The notes below the pieces were generated by a model that ran no database searches, was not told the origin of the DNA, and saw nothing but the letters and a program-made list of their open reading frames with translations. From positions 372,001 through 436,000 of the forward strand of contig OZ237756.1 of assembly GCA_965178125.1 (NCBI GenBank): a stretch of 64,000 nucleotides of DNA. The letters run 5' to 3'. The translations under genes and the position numbers were made by a program. The stretch is from Bilabrum cf. latius. Lineage: Eukaryota. This document shows, in pieces, positions 12,231-24,444 of this stretch; within the stretch, counting starts at the first letter, position 1; each line of letters opens with the position of its first letter.

Positions 12231-14021
12231 ATGAGTTTGATACCATTACAGGCATGTATGATTAGTATTCTACTTGTGCTGAGTTCGTATGCGTAGCAGC
12301 TTGCGCAGGAAACCGATGGATTGGGGGTGTTTGTGCACGGATTCTAGCTCTCGCCGAGCCTTGCTAACCAGCGTGTGACTCATGAGGTGTCTGTAGCATT
12401 CGCCAGTTAGGAGAGCATATTAATCAACCCTCTCGCTGACGAGTTTAGCGTGTTCGGGGAATGGCCGCGACGATACAAGGGCGGTGCCGTGTTTGTTCGG
12501 TACACGTGTTCGCAATCGGTGCCAGACATCGCCAAGGCTGTCCGACAAAAACTTAGCGACTTGCTAGAGCTTAGGAAAGATGATTTGCACGTGCAATCTA
12601 AGCATACGCAGCTCGTGCATCGTCCTCGGAATGCGATCGTCTACGACGTGCATGCTCACTCTATGGGCGGGCTCATGGCTACGATCGCTCTTACAGGCAA
12701 AGGAGACGAAACAAAACCAGGTGCGTCCCGCCGAGGTTCCAAGCTCCCACTGCCTAGGGCAGCCTTTTTTTACGATGTCCCGTGGGCGGGGCTCACGCCC
12801 ACACTCCGCATGGCAGTGGACGGACTAGCCAGCATGGCAAAGGAGGCCGCGGAGGAGCAGCAGGAACTGGAGCAGCTGCACGTCGGCGCAGGAGATGGTA
12901 CACCAGATCGCGAATTATCTACCGAAGCGGATGTCGACGGGAGCAGCAGCCGCAAGAAACAAAAGAAACAAAAGAAGAAAAAGAAGAAGAAGCGAGCGTC
13001 CGGGGGGCTCGCGGGCGGCCTCATGAAATCACTCGGTCTCGAGGGCCTCCTACAAACCGGAACTGGTGTCCTAGGGGACAGCGACGGATCGTCTGCCGGT
13101 GATGCCGGCCCCGCTTTGATCCGTCGCACGATCGCGGGTCACCTCCCGTTCGTAGATGCCGTTGCCCGACCCACCTTCGGGTGGTCCAAGGACCTCGTGC
13201 AGGAAGCTGAGCAGATGCTTCACGAACGTTCGTTGGAAGGTACCGAAGGTTCCTGGGGTTTCCTTCTGCGGGAGGGTGGTGGCAGGTCAGTGACAGACGC
13301 GGCCCAGGTCGGCCTGAGACGTCTCTCGAAGGCGAGCAAGGTGGTGTGCTTCGAGTTCCAGACGCACGCCAGGCAGCAGCAGGGGCAGGGGCAGGGACAG
13401 GGGCGTAAAGGGCATGGGCCGGGTGGTGGTGGGCGGGGACTGGGGCTAGGCGGGCCCATGGGGATGGGCGGAGGGGGCGGGGAACTTGGTGACTTGATGC
13501 AGCTTGCTGCCGCGATGGGAGGTGGCGGGGCCGGTGCCGGTGGTGGGGGCGGGCTTGGAGCCATGCTCGGGCAACTGGCTGAGCTGGACGGGAGCATGGG
13601 CGGCGGTGTGACGAGTGTATCGGAGGGTGGGGAGAATGGTGGCCTCGCGCCTGCTTTGCTGAGCATGCTGGAACATTCCTTCGACTCGATGGACGCGATT
13701 GGTCGCAAGCGGCTGCAGTCCAGGGGAGTACGTTTCCTGGAACTTGCCGGGAAACGCGCAGGAAAGGGACGGACGGGGGTGGACGAAGAGGAGCAGGAGG
13801 AGGAGGAAGCACTTGCTCGCGACGTTGGTCGCAAGGGCGGGCTCGGGGCCCTTGAGCACGCGGTGGCCCACGTCACAGCCATCAAAAAGCATGACGCGGA
13901 GCTTTGGCATGCGGTGCTTGCGACTGTGGGTGCGCATGGAGCTGGTAGCGGTGACGGTCGCGCGGATGGGAGTGGTGGTCAGTACACTGGCCCAGGAAGC
14001 CTGGGCTCTGAGGAGCTGTGA
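12231..14021 (+). CDS. Secretory-pathway alpha/beta-hydrolase-like protein
   Basis: With TAG=Gln the ORF extends upstream to ATG 12231 (MSLIPLQACMISILLVLSSYAQQ, signal peptide). Contains VFVHGF (oxyanion-type motif), AHSMGG (nucleophile elbow) and a C-terminal SEEL (KDEL-like). Three TAGs in the 5' part. Ends TGA. Confidence 0.7.
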
Positions 14022-14179
14022 GTCCATAAGAATGTGGGGGCTTAAGTATCGAGACGAGAAAGTAAAGCGTGCATGGCTTAAACTATAATGTCTGGAGCAA
14101 ATCATTCGCAAGTATGGCACGCAACGGGAGTGAACCGAGGCCAGCGACAATCTCAGGCCACGCCGTCAAAACGCACTCG

Positions 14180-15465
14180 TCACCCCCACAGATCGTCCTC
14201 CACCCCGTCAGCATGAGTCACCGACAAGAACACGCGGTCGGTGGACGTTGTGACGTGCTTGGGCACCGTCGTACGGTAGCACCCCTCACCGTACGACGCA
14301 CTCTGCGGCCGCAGCCTCCCGTACCTCCGCTCCCCGATCCCGTTGTCCCGCACCCCCACGTCATTGGTGCGGATGTGCCTCCTGGACGACAGCCGATCGT
14401 CGCTGGCCATGTGCCTGTCATACGTGAACACGCGCCTGCCATTGCCACCGGACCTCCTGCCCCCCCCCTCGGAGACCGTGCCCCTGCCCCCGCCGGTTCC
14501 CCCAACCCCCCCTCCCCCCACAAGGGTCTCGTACTCCGCGGCGGCTTGGGACCGCCGGTCCGTGTGACGAGTGGCACCGGTGAGTCGGGCTGTTGCTGTC
14601 TGTGGCCGTATACTGCTGCCTCCGGGTCCGTCGCCGCGGCTGCTCCTGCTGCTCCTGCTGCCGCGGCGCCCGGCAGCTGCCATCCGTCTCGGGCTGCCCC
14701 GCATTGGGGACGGGGAGGGGTGTCCCCTTCCCGTGTGACGAGTGCGGTCGTACCTCGGGGGTGCGACCGAGCCGTCAGCCTTTGATTCCGAATCTCTTCG
14801 GATGCTTGCCCTGCTGCTGCTGCCGCGACGGCGGCCGGTCACGGACAGAGCTGCTGGGCCTTCCGGGTGCTCGCCTGCTCCCCGCGCACTTGCTCGGACA
14901 GGCCCGTGCTTGCTCGGTTTTTCCTGATTCGACTTCCGCATGGATTCTTCGGCTTGCTTCAGTCCTTTTTCTCTGGATCGTTCCTCCCGCGCGACTTGTT
15001 CCCTGTACTGCTGCATTCTACGGAAGCTCGAATACTCGCCGCGCATGTTGACCTGCTTGATCCCGAACCCGAGCCTGGGCTTCTCGGACCTGTCCCAGCC
15101 AACGATGTCTACGTACTTCTCTGGTTTATATGTTATTTTGGAGAAGCTAGTGCCTTTCTTGATGGATGGGACGATGACTGCTTCCTTCCGGTTCTTGGGA
15201 GCTCCTCGACCGAGCTTGCTGGGCAGCGGGGGATCCACGTACTTGTCTCGCACGTTACCTGCAGATCGCGAGGATAGGGGTAGAAGGAACTAATATTGAC
15301 ATGTTAGCGGCATTTCGTTTTTGTGGACCGAACAACGCTGCGATCGAAACATGTGCGTCATCGTATACTGGTACGTGCGTGCTTCGGGTACCTCCGAGCG
15401 AGCTCACCATATTTCTTCCCGAGTAAATCGCGTGCTCCTGACACTGAATGCTTTACTGTATACAT
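14180..15465 (-). CDS. Basic hypothetical protein, possibly cilia/flagella-associated; exons 15465-15408, 15258-14180
   Basis: GT-AG intron 15407-15259 joins MYTVKHSVSGARDLLGKKYG to NVRDKYVDPP. The segment LGFG...RGEYSSFRRMQQYREQVARE is reminiscent of axonemal proteins (not verified). Ends TGA. Confidence 0.55.
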
Positions 15466-15635
15466 GTCTCCGCTGTGAACTAGCAACGGACCGATACTTG
15501 CGCCGCAAATGAGGGACCCGCGTCAAACGGATAGACTGCCAGACCGCGCGCATCATGACGAGCGGAGCAACGGCAACTTTTGGTTGCAACCGGCAATTTG
15601 CACGACCTGTCTTTGTTTGTACCGGGTCACTACGT

Positions 15636-16832
15636 ATGAATCGAATTCAAGGTGCAACGCGACCGTTTGTTCGTTTAGTACTATGTCGTCACGGTCAGAG
15701 CGCTAACAATGTCTTGATGAGGGAGGGTGTTGAACAGTATGCAAAAGGACGTCTTGCAGATCCTCCTCTGACACCTTTAGGCCATGCGTAGGCGTATGCA
15801 GCTGGCTTAGAGACATCATAGTTAATAAACAAATTTGCTGAGACTTTGCATAAAGTGTGGGTGTCACCTATGAAGCGAACGGTGCAAACAGCTGCTGGAA
15901 TTGCTGCAGGATGCGGTGCATCGTCACCGCTGCCATTCGAGATCCGAGCTGATATCTTCGAGCGCGGGGGTATATTCGTTCGTGAGGGATCTGACTAGCT
16001 AGAGTCGATTCAAGGCTAGCACGAACATGAAGGCAGGATGCCTCGGCTGGAGCTGGACAGCGCGTCGATCAAGCAGCTGCTTCCGGGGGCGCGCATCCCA
16101 CGCGGGACTGTCACGAGCCAGGGTTGGAGCCCAACCGCGCCGAGCTACCAGCGAGAAACCGGCTAGCAAACGTTGAATATAGTAGCTGGTGTGGCCGAGT
16201 CGTTGTGGGAGGAAGCGGAGAAATGGAACGCAGAAGCGCCCGCGTCCACAGGAACCAGCAACAGCCCCGGACCGTAGTCGGATGACCTGGCGGATTCTGG
16301 CTCCGGGTTATTTCTGGATCCCCTGCCGGCCGTCGAGGCAGCTCCGATGAGTCCTGGCAGCATGCGGCAGCTGATGCTGGTGTGTCACGCCGACTTTATC
16401 GACTTGCTGGTGCGGTTCCTCACCGGCGGGGAGTCTGCCGCGAAAGCGCACGTGGATACGGCAGCGGACGGGGAAGAGGTGGTCCCCGATGCACCTGGTG
16501 TAACGAGTGATAGTGAGACCATTAATGGTGTGACGTTTGGGTGCGACAGGCCGCCGGTGCGACCGCCGGCGAGGAGCCATTTCCTGTCCTACAACTGCGC
16601 CTGGACGACCGTTGACTTGTTCCCTGGGCGGGCCGTGCGAGTGGTGCACGCAAATCGCACGCAGCATTTGGTTCGTCGCGCCGACGTGGTGCGACTGCTC
16701 CTGCAGCAAGGGCGTCTGCCGCTGCCAGTGTGCGAGGGGATGGAGGACGGGGCACGGCGGGACTTGCTTGACGCCAGCGAGCAGGATCCCGACGCGTGGC
16801 TGCTATCCGGTTGTGCGGAGGGCCTGGAATGA
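15636..16832 (+). CDS. Histidine phosphatase / phosphoglycerate mutase family protein
   Basis: Motifs LVLCRHGQSANN, DPPLTPLGHA(TAG)A, VWVSPMKRTVQTA and LVCHADFI. One 399-codon frame with six TAGs (15789, 15819, 15996, 16017, 16164, 16275) and no internal TAA/TGA. Ends TGA. Confidence 0.88.
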
Positions 16833-17022
16833 ATATACACGGATTGATCGCCGGGAGGTACACGTAGCACAGTGTCGTTTCGGCGAGTTGGTCGCAATCG
16901 AAGGATGAAGATGGATAACAGGATCGGACAGCAAGAATGCTGGGATTCCATTCAGTACGTCTGAACACAATTAATACGATACTACTACCCAAGCCAAGTG
17001 CATCTATTTTAGTACTAGTAAC

Positions 17023-17791
17023 ATGGATGATTCGTGTGGGTCCGGGCGTGCTGGTGTTGCGACCCAAGCGCGCGTTCTTGCCTTCAACATGTGGAAAGCA
17101 CCAGGCGCGGAGTGCGAGCACCTCAAGTGTTTGATGCCACCTGCGGTCCATCAAGCATTGCATCAGTTTAACCACTAGCCTCTGGTTGTGATTCAGGTGC
17201 AAGGTCCTGGGCGGGGAGGGAAGAGCAGCCTGCTGAACCTGTTGGCCGGGTGGATAACAAGGTGCGCGGGCTTGTCAGCCCCCGAATCGGTTGCTTTGTG
17301 GGACGATCTGCGGAGGTCGATCCCGTATGAGCACATCCAATGTGATTGTGAAGGAGTATGGCATCCCGAACAGGTGTGGTCAAAAACAATGGAGGGCGCA
17401 AAGGTTCTGAATGTGTTTAATGTCTCGCACTCCTCAGATCCGTGCACCCAGGGTGCCGAAGGCTGCTTTATATATCTTCCAGCCGGTACTTTCGGCCGCA
17501 GTGACCCTTTTTCTGTCTTACTGATCGACTGTGAGGGTACGGGGGACAAGTCCAAGGAATACCACAGCAAGGTGATGCTTCCCGGGCTGGTATTCACGAG
17601 CGCCGGCGCTGCCATCGTGCGCACTTCCAACGCTGGGCTCGTGAACGACGCGCTGGACCAGCTGGGCCACCTTGCCGAAGCAGCAAGGGTGTACCAGGTG
17701 GGAATCAAGAGAATGAGCAAATCCACTGGTGGTGCAGCGGGTGCGGTTGCGGGAGCCACTGCCGCCGCTGGGTCCTCTCCCCCTGCACCAC

Positions 17792-17825
<34 letters not shown>

Positions 17826-20004
17826 GGGTGCTGCGTGTGGAGGAGCATCGAGCGGGTCAAGTCATCCACGGGGAGCCGCTGCCCCGGACACCAAACTGGG
17901 CGGGGCCATTCTCCTCTGCAATGACTACAGCCTGGATCTTGACGAGGGGCAGACCACGGAGGGGCAAGAAAGGGCCGTGTTCTGCAAGGAGCCCGAGCCC
18001 GAGGGTGACGGCGACTTGGATACAGATGACGAGGCAGCGGCCAGGAAATAGATCCGCAGCCGAAACCGCAAGAGACGGCTCCTCGATGGCGCATTCAGGC
18101 ACAAATTTCGATGCACCACGGGGCCCCCGGGGCACGGCTCTCTCCGCCCATGCCCGTGCACCGGGCTGCTTCGGGACCTCAAGGGCATCGCGAGCAGAGT
18201 GCTGCTTCCTATCTTGCAGGACAATACGCCGCGCTGCCTGTTCGGCCGCCCCGACCTGCCCCTGACCGTGGGCACTTTTCTGGACATGCTTCCCTCCGTT
18301 GTGGAGGTTGCAACCACCCAGGACCTGGACGTGCCCACGCTCCTCGAGACTGCGGTGGGCCGGGGTCTCAAATCCGTCAAGGCGTCGGCCGATGCAGCCG
18401 TGGCACGCGTGAATGCGGCGTGCGACGCATTCGTCAGCGAGAAGCTATTCGTATCGCGGCAGGTGGTGGACACGTGCAAGCAGGCCATGGAGCGAGAGGT
18501 AGACCGGGCTGTGCTCGCTGCCTCGGACAGGGCCCCCTTGTGCAAAGGCAGGCCCGAGATCGAAGACATCCGTGCAGGGGCGAAGAAGGACCTCGTGGGT
18601 GCGTGCACTGCACTGCAAGGGTATCTCGAGGGAACATCCTCGTCCGCGGGCGAGATGGCCTGGCTCATGGTGCAGTGCATTGCAAGCGAGGTGCCCCTCC
18701 CAGCCCAGGAATCCGCGAGGCAGCTCAAACAGGCGCTCGAGGTCGAGGTGGCGCGCCTCCCAGCTGATCTGCAGCACTCCCCAGTCGACGATAGCGCGCT
18801 GTCTGAGGCAAGAACGGCCCTGGGGCGCGTCCTGGCCGACATCAAGCGCGAGCAGCAGCGAATGTTCCGCCCGGAGTCCAGCCGAGGCCCCGCTGCTTCG
18901 TCTTCAGCCATGCCCGAGGAGGACGAGGATGCGGAAGAGCCCAGCAGGACGGTTCGGCAGGGGATGGCAGATGATCTCAGGTCCAGGGTGCGGGATGCAC
19001 TGCGCGGAGCCATGCACGTGAGAGTATCAGAAGAGGAGCAGACCAGGCAATAGAGTGCGATGTCGGGTTTTCAGGCGATGCTCGAAGCTGCAGCGGACGT
19101 ACGGGATGAAGGGCATGCCCAGAGTGGTACAGCTGCAGGGGCTGGGGCTGGGGCAGGATCGGCCTCTCCATTTGCCGGTGATTTTGGGGACCCGACGACT
19201 GCTGGTAGCAGCGGCCCCGCCTCTGGTGCCGGCGCTTATGCTTCGGAGGAGGGGGCCAGTGCTGCAGGGCGCAGCTCGGGTGATGAACCATCGCAAGGCG
19301 AGCGTGCGTCTGGGATCGAGCTAGCTGGGCTAGAGGACACTCTGCGCGCTTGTTTCAGGCAGGTGATGCTCTCCCACCCGCTGCGACCACCTTCGGTGGA
19401 GCAGGTGCTTGCGGATGTTGGGCTCCGTGAAACCGGCGAAGTATTTGCGGTGGTAGCAAGACTGCCTGGCGTGATGCAGGGGCTTGGGGGGGCCGTAACG
19501 TCTCGCGGTGCGACGCTGAGCGGCATCCTAACTCAGAGGGAACGCCTACTCGCCGCTGAGCTATCGAGGCTCGAGCAGCAGGCTAACAAGGTCTCGTGGG
19601 ACGTGCAGTGGGAGCAGGCGCGCAGGAAGCACGAAGCGGATTTGGCGAGCGACAAAGAGCAAAACGCCAAGCTTGCTGCTGAGCTGAAGGCGATCGAGGA
19701 GAAGAGACAGAAGGAGGCCCAAGAGAGCAGGGATCAGCTTAGACGGGCGCGAGAGGAAGCTAGTAAACATCGAAGTGCAGCTGCCTCGTAGCACACAAAG
19801 CTCCTCAACCAGATGAAGCAGATCGCGGCAATGGCCAAAGGGACGGCAGGCAGCGACTCTGGCGGCTCTGGCAGCGCGTGGCGGCACGTTCCTGGGGCCC
19901 TGAAGGCGTTTGCCGAAGTAGTCAGCGCTTACAAAGGGATGGCCAAGGCGGGTAAAAGGGACACGGGAAAGGAAAACGACCAAGGAGGGAGCAAGGGCAA
20001 GTAA
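17023..20004 (+). CDS. Guanylate-binding protein/atlastin-like large GTPase with helical coiled-coil C-terminus
   Basis: P-loop VIQVQGPGRGGKSSLLNLL, TQG-like G2 region and LLIDCEG (DxEG). Four track ORFs join in frame over TAGs at 17176, 18049, 19051 and 19789. First non-TAG stop is TAA 20002-20004. Confidence 0.75.
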
Positions 20005-20504
20005 GGTTACGGGTATACTTTGTGGTTACAATCATGGTGGGGCCACCTACCTACTCTCAGTCGACAGTTGCGCCCACCACGCACACTGCGTGACTTTCGC
20101 AATTGTGAAGCCCGCCAGGTGATGCTGGCTGTGTATCGCTTCTTTTGGTGTGGTATCTTGTCTTGCTTTGGTGAGTTTGAACTCGATGAAACCGTTCTTA
20201 GGATCGCCCCCCCGTGTGTATACGGGTATACCCCGTATCCGGGATCTGCTAGCATCCATACTACCCGCATCCACGTCGCCCCCTGGTATAGAAGCCTTCT
20301 GAGCAGAGTCCCAGTGCTGGCAGCTCTACTTCAGTCACTGTAGGTGTCCTTGCGCCCTCTGGTGTTCTGTGCTTGGAATCAGTCTGACCGCAGTGCGTCC
20401 TGTACATCCCCAGTGGATGGTGCATCGAATGGAGCTCGAAGGGATCAACATCGCCACTAGGTACGGTGCAAACATTCAGCTTGCGGCCTCTTTCCCACTC
20501 GAAA

Positions 20505-22760
20505 TTATGCAGCACCAAGCAACATCTCCCGCCTGCCCCTCTCCCACAACGCCCCACCCCACCACACGCTCACACTGATACTACCCGACAAAGATTCCAC
20601 ATAGTGCCAGTACCCAGGGGGAATATACAGCGCATCGCCCGCCTCTAGAGCAACCTCCTGAGCATGCTTCACGCTCTTCTGAAACGACTCGGCATCGGGG
20701 GATACGTGGATCGAGTTACGCAGCATCATTGGGATACCGCTGTCTCTGCTACTGCCTGCCATTCCAGCCGGTTCAGACGCAGCCAAAGCACCTGTCCCTG
20801 CACCTGCATTTGCACCTGCTCCTGCGCCTGCCTTTGCCGAGGTCACCGACCCTGGGTCTGGGCCTGGGCGTGCCTCTACTGCAGCCTGCATTAGCTCAGC
20901 CGTGTGTTTCGGAGCCAGCAGCACCACTCGTTTTCTGCCGTCAACTTGGCACAGCCAGTTGTGCTAGGGATCGTGGTGGAAGCAGCTCCGTGTTCCCCGA
21001 GGACCGATCCACGCCAGCAGGGTGGGCGGACCGCCGGGATCCACTACTGTTTCTTCTTCTTCTTCTTCACTGCTGGACGCTCGGTCTGGATCGGTGCCGA
21101 CGTTACTGGAGTCGGGATCCGATGGTTCTGGTCTTGGCTGTTCAACTTCGGCTTTGCCATGGGACTTGGATGTACCAGCCCTGTCGCTCGTTTCAGTATC
21201 CGATTCTTTGACTAGCTGACTTGCATCTAATGTATGCTATGTGGCAGCGGGTGCAGTGTTCTAGGCTGCATCCGACCCACCAACCGGTGCTTCACACCTC
21301 CCCACACTCCCAGAAGTGTCAGGGAAATATCGCGGAAAATATCCCGAGGCGGGCGGGGCACAGTCAACGCTGGTGCAATCCGGAATGATGATGTCGCCTC
21401 TTAGGTCTGGACAGTGGTCAAACAGATGGTACTGAGCCATGTATGCCACAGCCGCAACTGGTCTCGGCCTAGGTGCACCTCCCCGTGAGGATCGCGATGG
21501 GTGTGACGAGTGCATTGACATGGCCTCCCGGATGGCTTCCAGATCGAGGGAGCGCATGAGCGGCAGCACTGGGCTCCCGATCGGGATCGGGCACGGTGTG
21601 ACGAGTGGGCCCGTCTTCCGCGCGGTGGCGTGTTCCGTGCCTTGCGATGCTGTGCCCGTGCCTGAACCAGCTGATGACGAAGAAAAGGAAGAAGAGGAGG
21701 ATGACTGCAACCAAAATTGCCTAAAATTTGATGAAACTGCATCCCCCGCCGTGCATCGCGCCGCCTTGGCGTCGCGGGCCGCCTGAGGACCGGCTCGAGC
21801 ACCTGCTCCAATTGGTGCCGGTGAGCGAGCAGCAAGCCCCATTGCCTGTGCATCTCCTGCCGCCTTTGATCCGCTGCTTGCTTCCTCTACATCAGTTTCG
21901 GACTTTCCGTCCCATGAAACACAATCGCTGGCGGTGGAAGCGGTGGGCGGGGAGGGCAGTGCCGGTGCAGTGCGGCGCCGTTTGGCAGGAGGGGGCAGAT
22001 GCAGGGGAGTGCGAGACTGGTGAGGCTGCCTGCTGTCCCGCAGCACCGCAGTGGAATGCATGGCGCGCACAGAGACACTCGACTCTCTATCTGCACGGGG
22101 GCACTGGTTCCGAGGAGCGCCCGGGTCACGATCGATGTAGTCGAGGAGCACGTCCGCCGGGACGATGGCTTGCGACCAACTATCCGACAGGTAGTGCTCC
22201 CCGAGCTCGACAGGGAGATGAACGCCACTCAAGCGGGAATACAGTCCGGTTCTACCATGCTTGCCGCGCCATGACCGCGCAGGGGCATCAGATCTGCTAC
22301 TGCTGCTGCTGCTTTTCGATGTGGCTCCATGGTCGCCCGCACCGAATGCCGGCCATGACCTTAATGCATCCCTCACCACAGCAGGTTTCCCTAACCGCAT
22401 ATGGTTGCATAAAAATGATGGGATTGATGGCCACGCTTCATATTCCACTACGCTGCCTGATTGAATGGCGCACCGCATCCCTTGCTCGGCAGCACGACAG
22501 GCCCGAATCGAAGCAAGCCGCCTGCTGGCGTCGACTTGCCATGCAGCGGGGTCGCGGACATGAATACGCTAGCCTGTTAGTATGGCTGTGCAGTCGCGAA
22601 GCAATAATGCCGATTGTGGATCCCCTGAGGAGGCAAACTCATTGGCACTAGCTTGTGCAACCGCGGCATATTGTAGCCGCAAGGCTCCTTTTTCCCTGGA
22701 ATCAAGACACGCAGAGTGCAAACTAGTATTGATGCGCTAGAGTTGCGCTAAATCAGTCAT
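20505..22760 (-). CDS. JmjC-domain 2OG/Fe oxygenase, JMJD5/KDM8-like
   Basis: Motifs KPAVVRDALRSWPA, LPVELGEHY, YMAQYHLFDHCPDLRGDI, AWIGPRGTRSCFHHDP(TAG)HNWLCQVDGRK and GDALYIPPGYWHYVESL. Single frame with TAGs at 22737, 22569, 21261, 21237 and 20964. Ends TAA 20505-20507. Confidence 0.88.
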
Positions 22761-22855
22761 GAATATCCATATTTAGTTCTCACCGCCCCGTCGAAGGAAA
22801 ATGAAAGGCCAAGGAAGGTTCGTCACGGTTCGTTCCAGCGAGCCCAGCCTGCCGC

Positions 22856-24277
22856 TCAAACGGCACTGTCTCCACGAGCTTCCCCCTGCAACGGCGCGAT
22901 TTCCACCCCTCGAACCCCTTCCCGTTCCTCCCCCAAATCACCGCCAGCCCTAGACCTCGCCACGCCATTCTAAGACTCCTTGCCCTCACCACCGGGACCG
23001 GGACCGGGACCAGCCCCAGCCCCAACCTCGGCCACGGCCCCAGTACCAGCATCAACGCTATCACGCTATCTCTCAGCTTGGCCCAGCGGAGCCACAGCAG
23101 CAGCAGCAGCAGCAGCAGCAGTAGCAGCAGAAGCACCCGCACCCGCGCCTGCTCCCTTGTCCTTACCTTCACCCTCACCCTCACCGTCCTCACTCGTCAC
23201 ACTACCGGCGTGCATCCTGGAGTACTCGCCCACAAACGCGCCCCCCAGCACCAGGCAGCACCCTACCACACGAAGGGCACTGGGGGACTCGGAATCGTTA
23301 CCGAAGGCCCCCACGGCGTCCAGCACCAGAGACACGAACACCTGCCCTGTGACGATCGCGAGGAACATGCTGCTCACGCTGATGAACTCTGGCAGCACGA
23401 TCGCCGACACGACAAAGAACACCCCGGCCGAGCCCCCGACCCACGCCCACCAGGGGGCATCCCCCGCACCGCTGCCGCTGAAATCGGGGCCCTCCGTGCC
23501 CAGCCCCACCCCGAGCGCCCCCAAACCGGAAGCAGCCAGGCCGGTCGCAAAACTGAGCATGGCGCCTTGTTCCGGTCCCCTGAGCGCACCCGCCGCGGAT
23601 CGGTTCACGGCCGACTAAACCGGGAGCCCCGCCCCCGCCAGCACCGCCACCAGCAGCCCCCCAATGAGCCCCCCCAGCTCGGACCCAGCGGACCCAAGTG
23701 CCTCCGCCGACGCCATCACCACTCCGGCAACGGCAAGAAGCATTGAGAAACCGCGCATGTACGTGAATGGTCGCATCGGTAGTCCCAAGAAGGCAAAGTG
23801 GTCCACGAGGGCGGCCGAGACGAGCTGGCCGAGCACGAGGCCGACGAAGAACAGAGCGAAGCCCACCACTGGGGCGACAAACACGGCAGAGCCGACGAAG
23901 AAAGCACCGAAAAGCCCTCCTGTGCACTCGTACCACTATAATGCGCGCCTAAAGATTAAAGGGTCGCTGGCAGTCGTTTGTTCCCCCTTCCGATCCGTTG
24001 AAACATCCTGCTCGGCCCCATCGTCTGCGATACTACGCTCATTCTCTGGGCTTGATTCGCTTGGTGCGTAGTAAATCCGATAAATCATTGCAGAAATATT
24101 CATGATCAGAAGTATCAGATTGGCTCCTGTGAAACTAGTCAGTATCCCATACATTTCATGGCCGAGCGCTTCTCCTGCGGTTGCGTTCACGCCTGCCTGC
24201 ACCGCAGCTGTGCCCCCAACCGCAAGTGCATCAATCAGACATATTACAACAATGATCCATGGTGTAGTGGATTCCAT
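22856..24277 (-). CDS. DMT-superfamily transporter, YdcZ/DUF606-like, two internal repeats
   Basis: Repeat 1: GGTAAVQAGVN...WYECTGGLFGA...GQLVSAALVDHF. Repeat 2: GAGLPV(TAG)SAVN...PWWAWVGGSAG...GQVFVSLVLDAVG. TAGs at 23936, 23615, 23066 and 22970. Ends TGA 22856-22858. Confidence 0.85.
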
Positions 24278-24444
24278 AGAGGTCGTCCAGAATGGGAGAC
24301 GTGGCAAGTTGTAGTTTGCGCAGCGAACCTTCCTTCAATGGATTGAGGAAGATTTCCGACGTGAGGCTGACCAGCAGCGCCACCACACATTCGAGCCGCA
24401 AAGTACTGGTACCTTCTACTCCAGTCAAGCAAGCAACGGCACCC

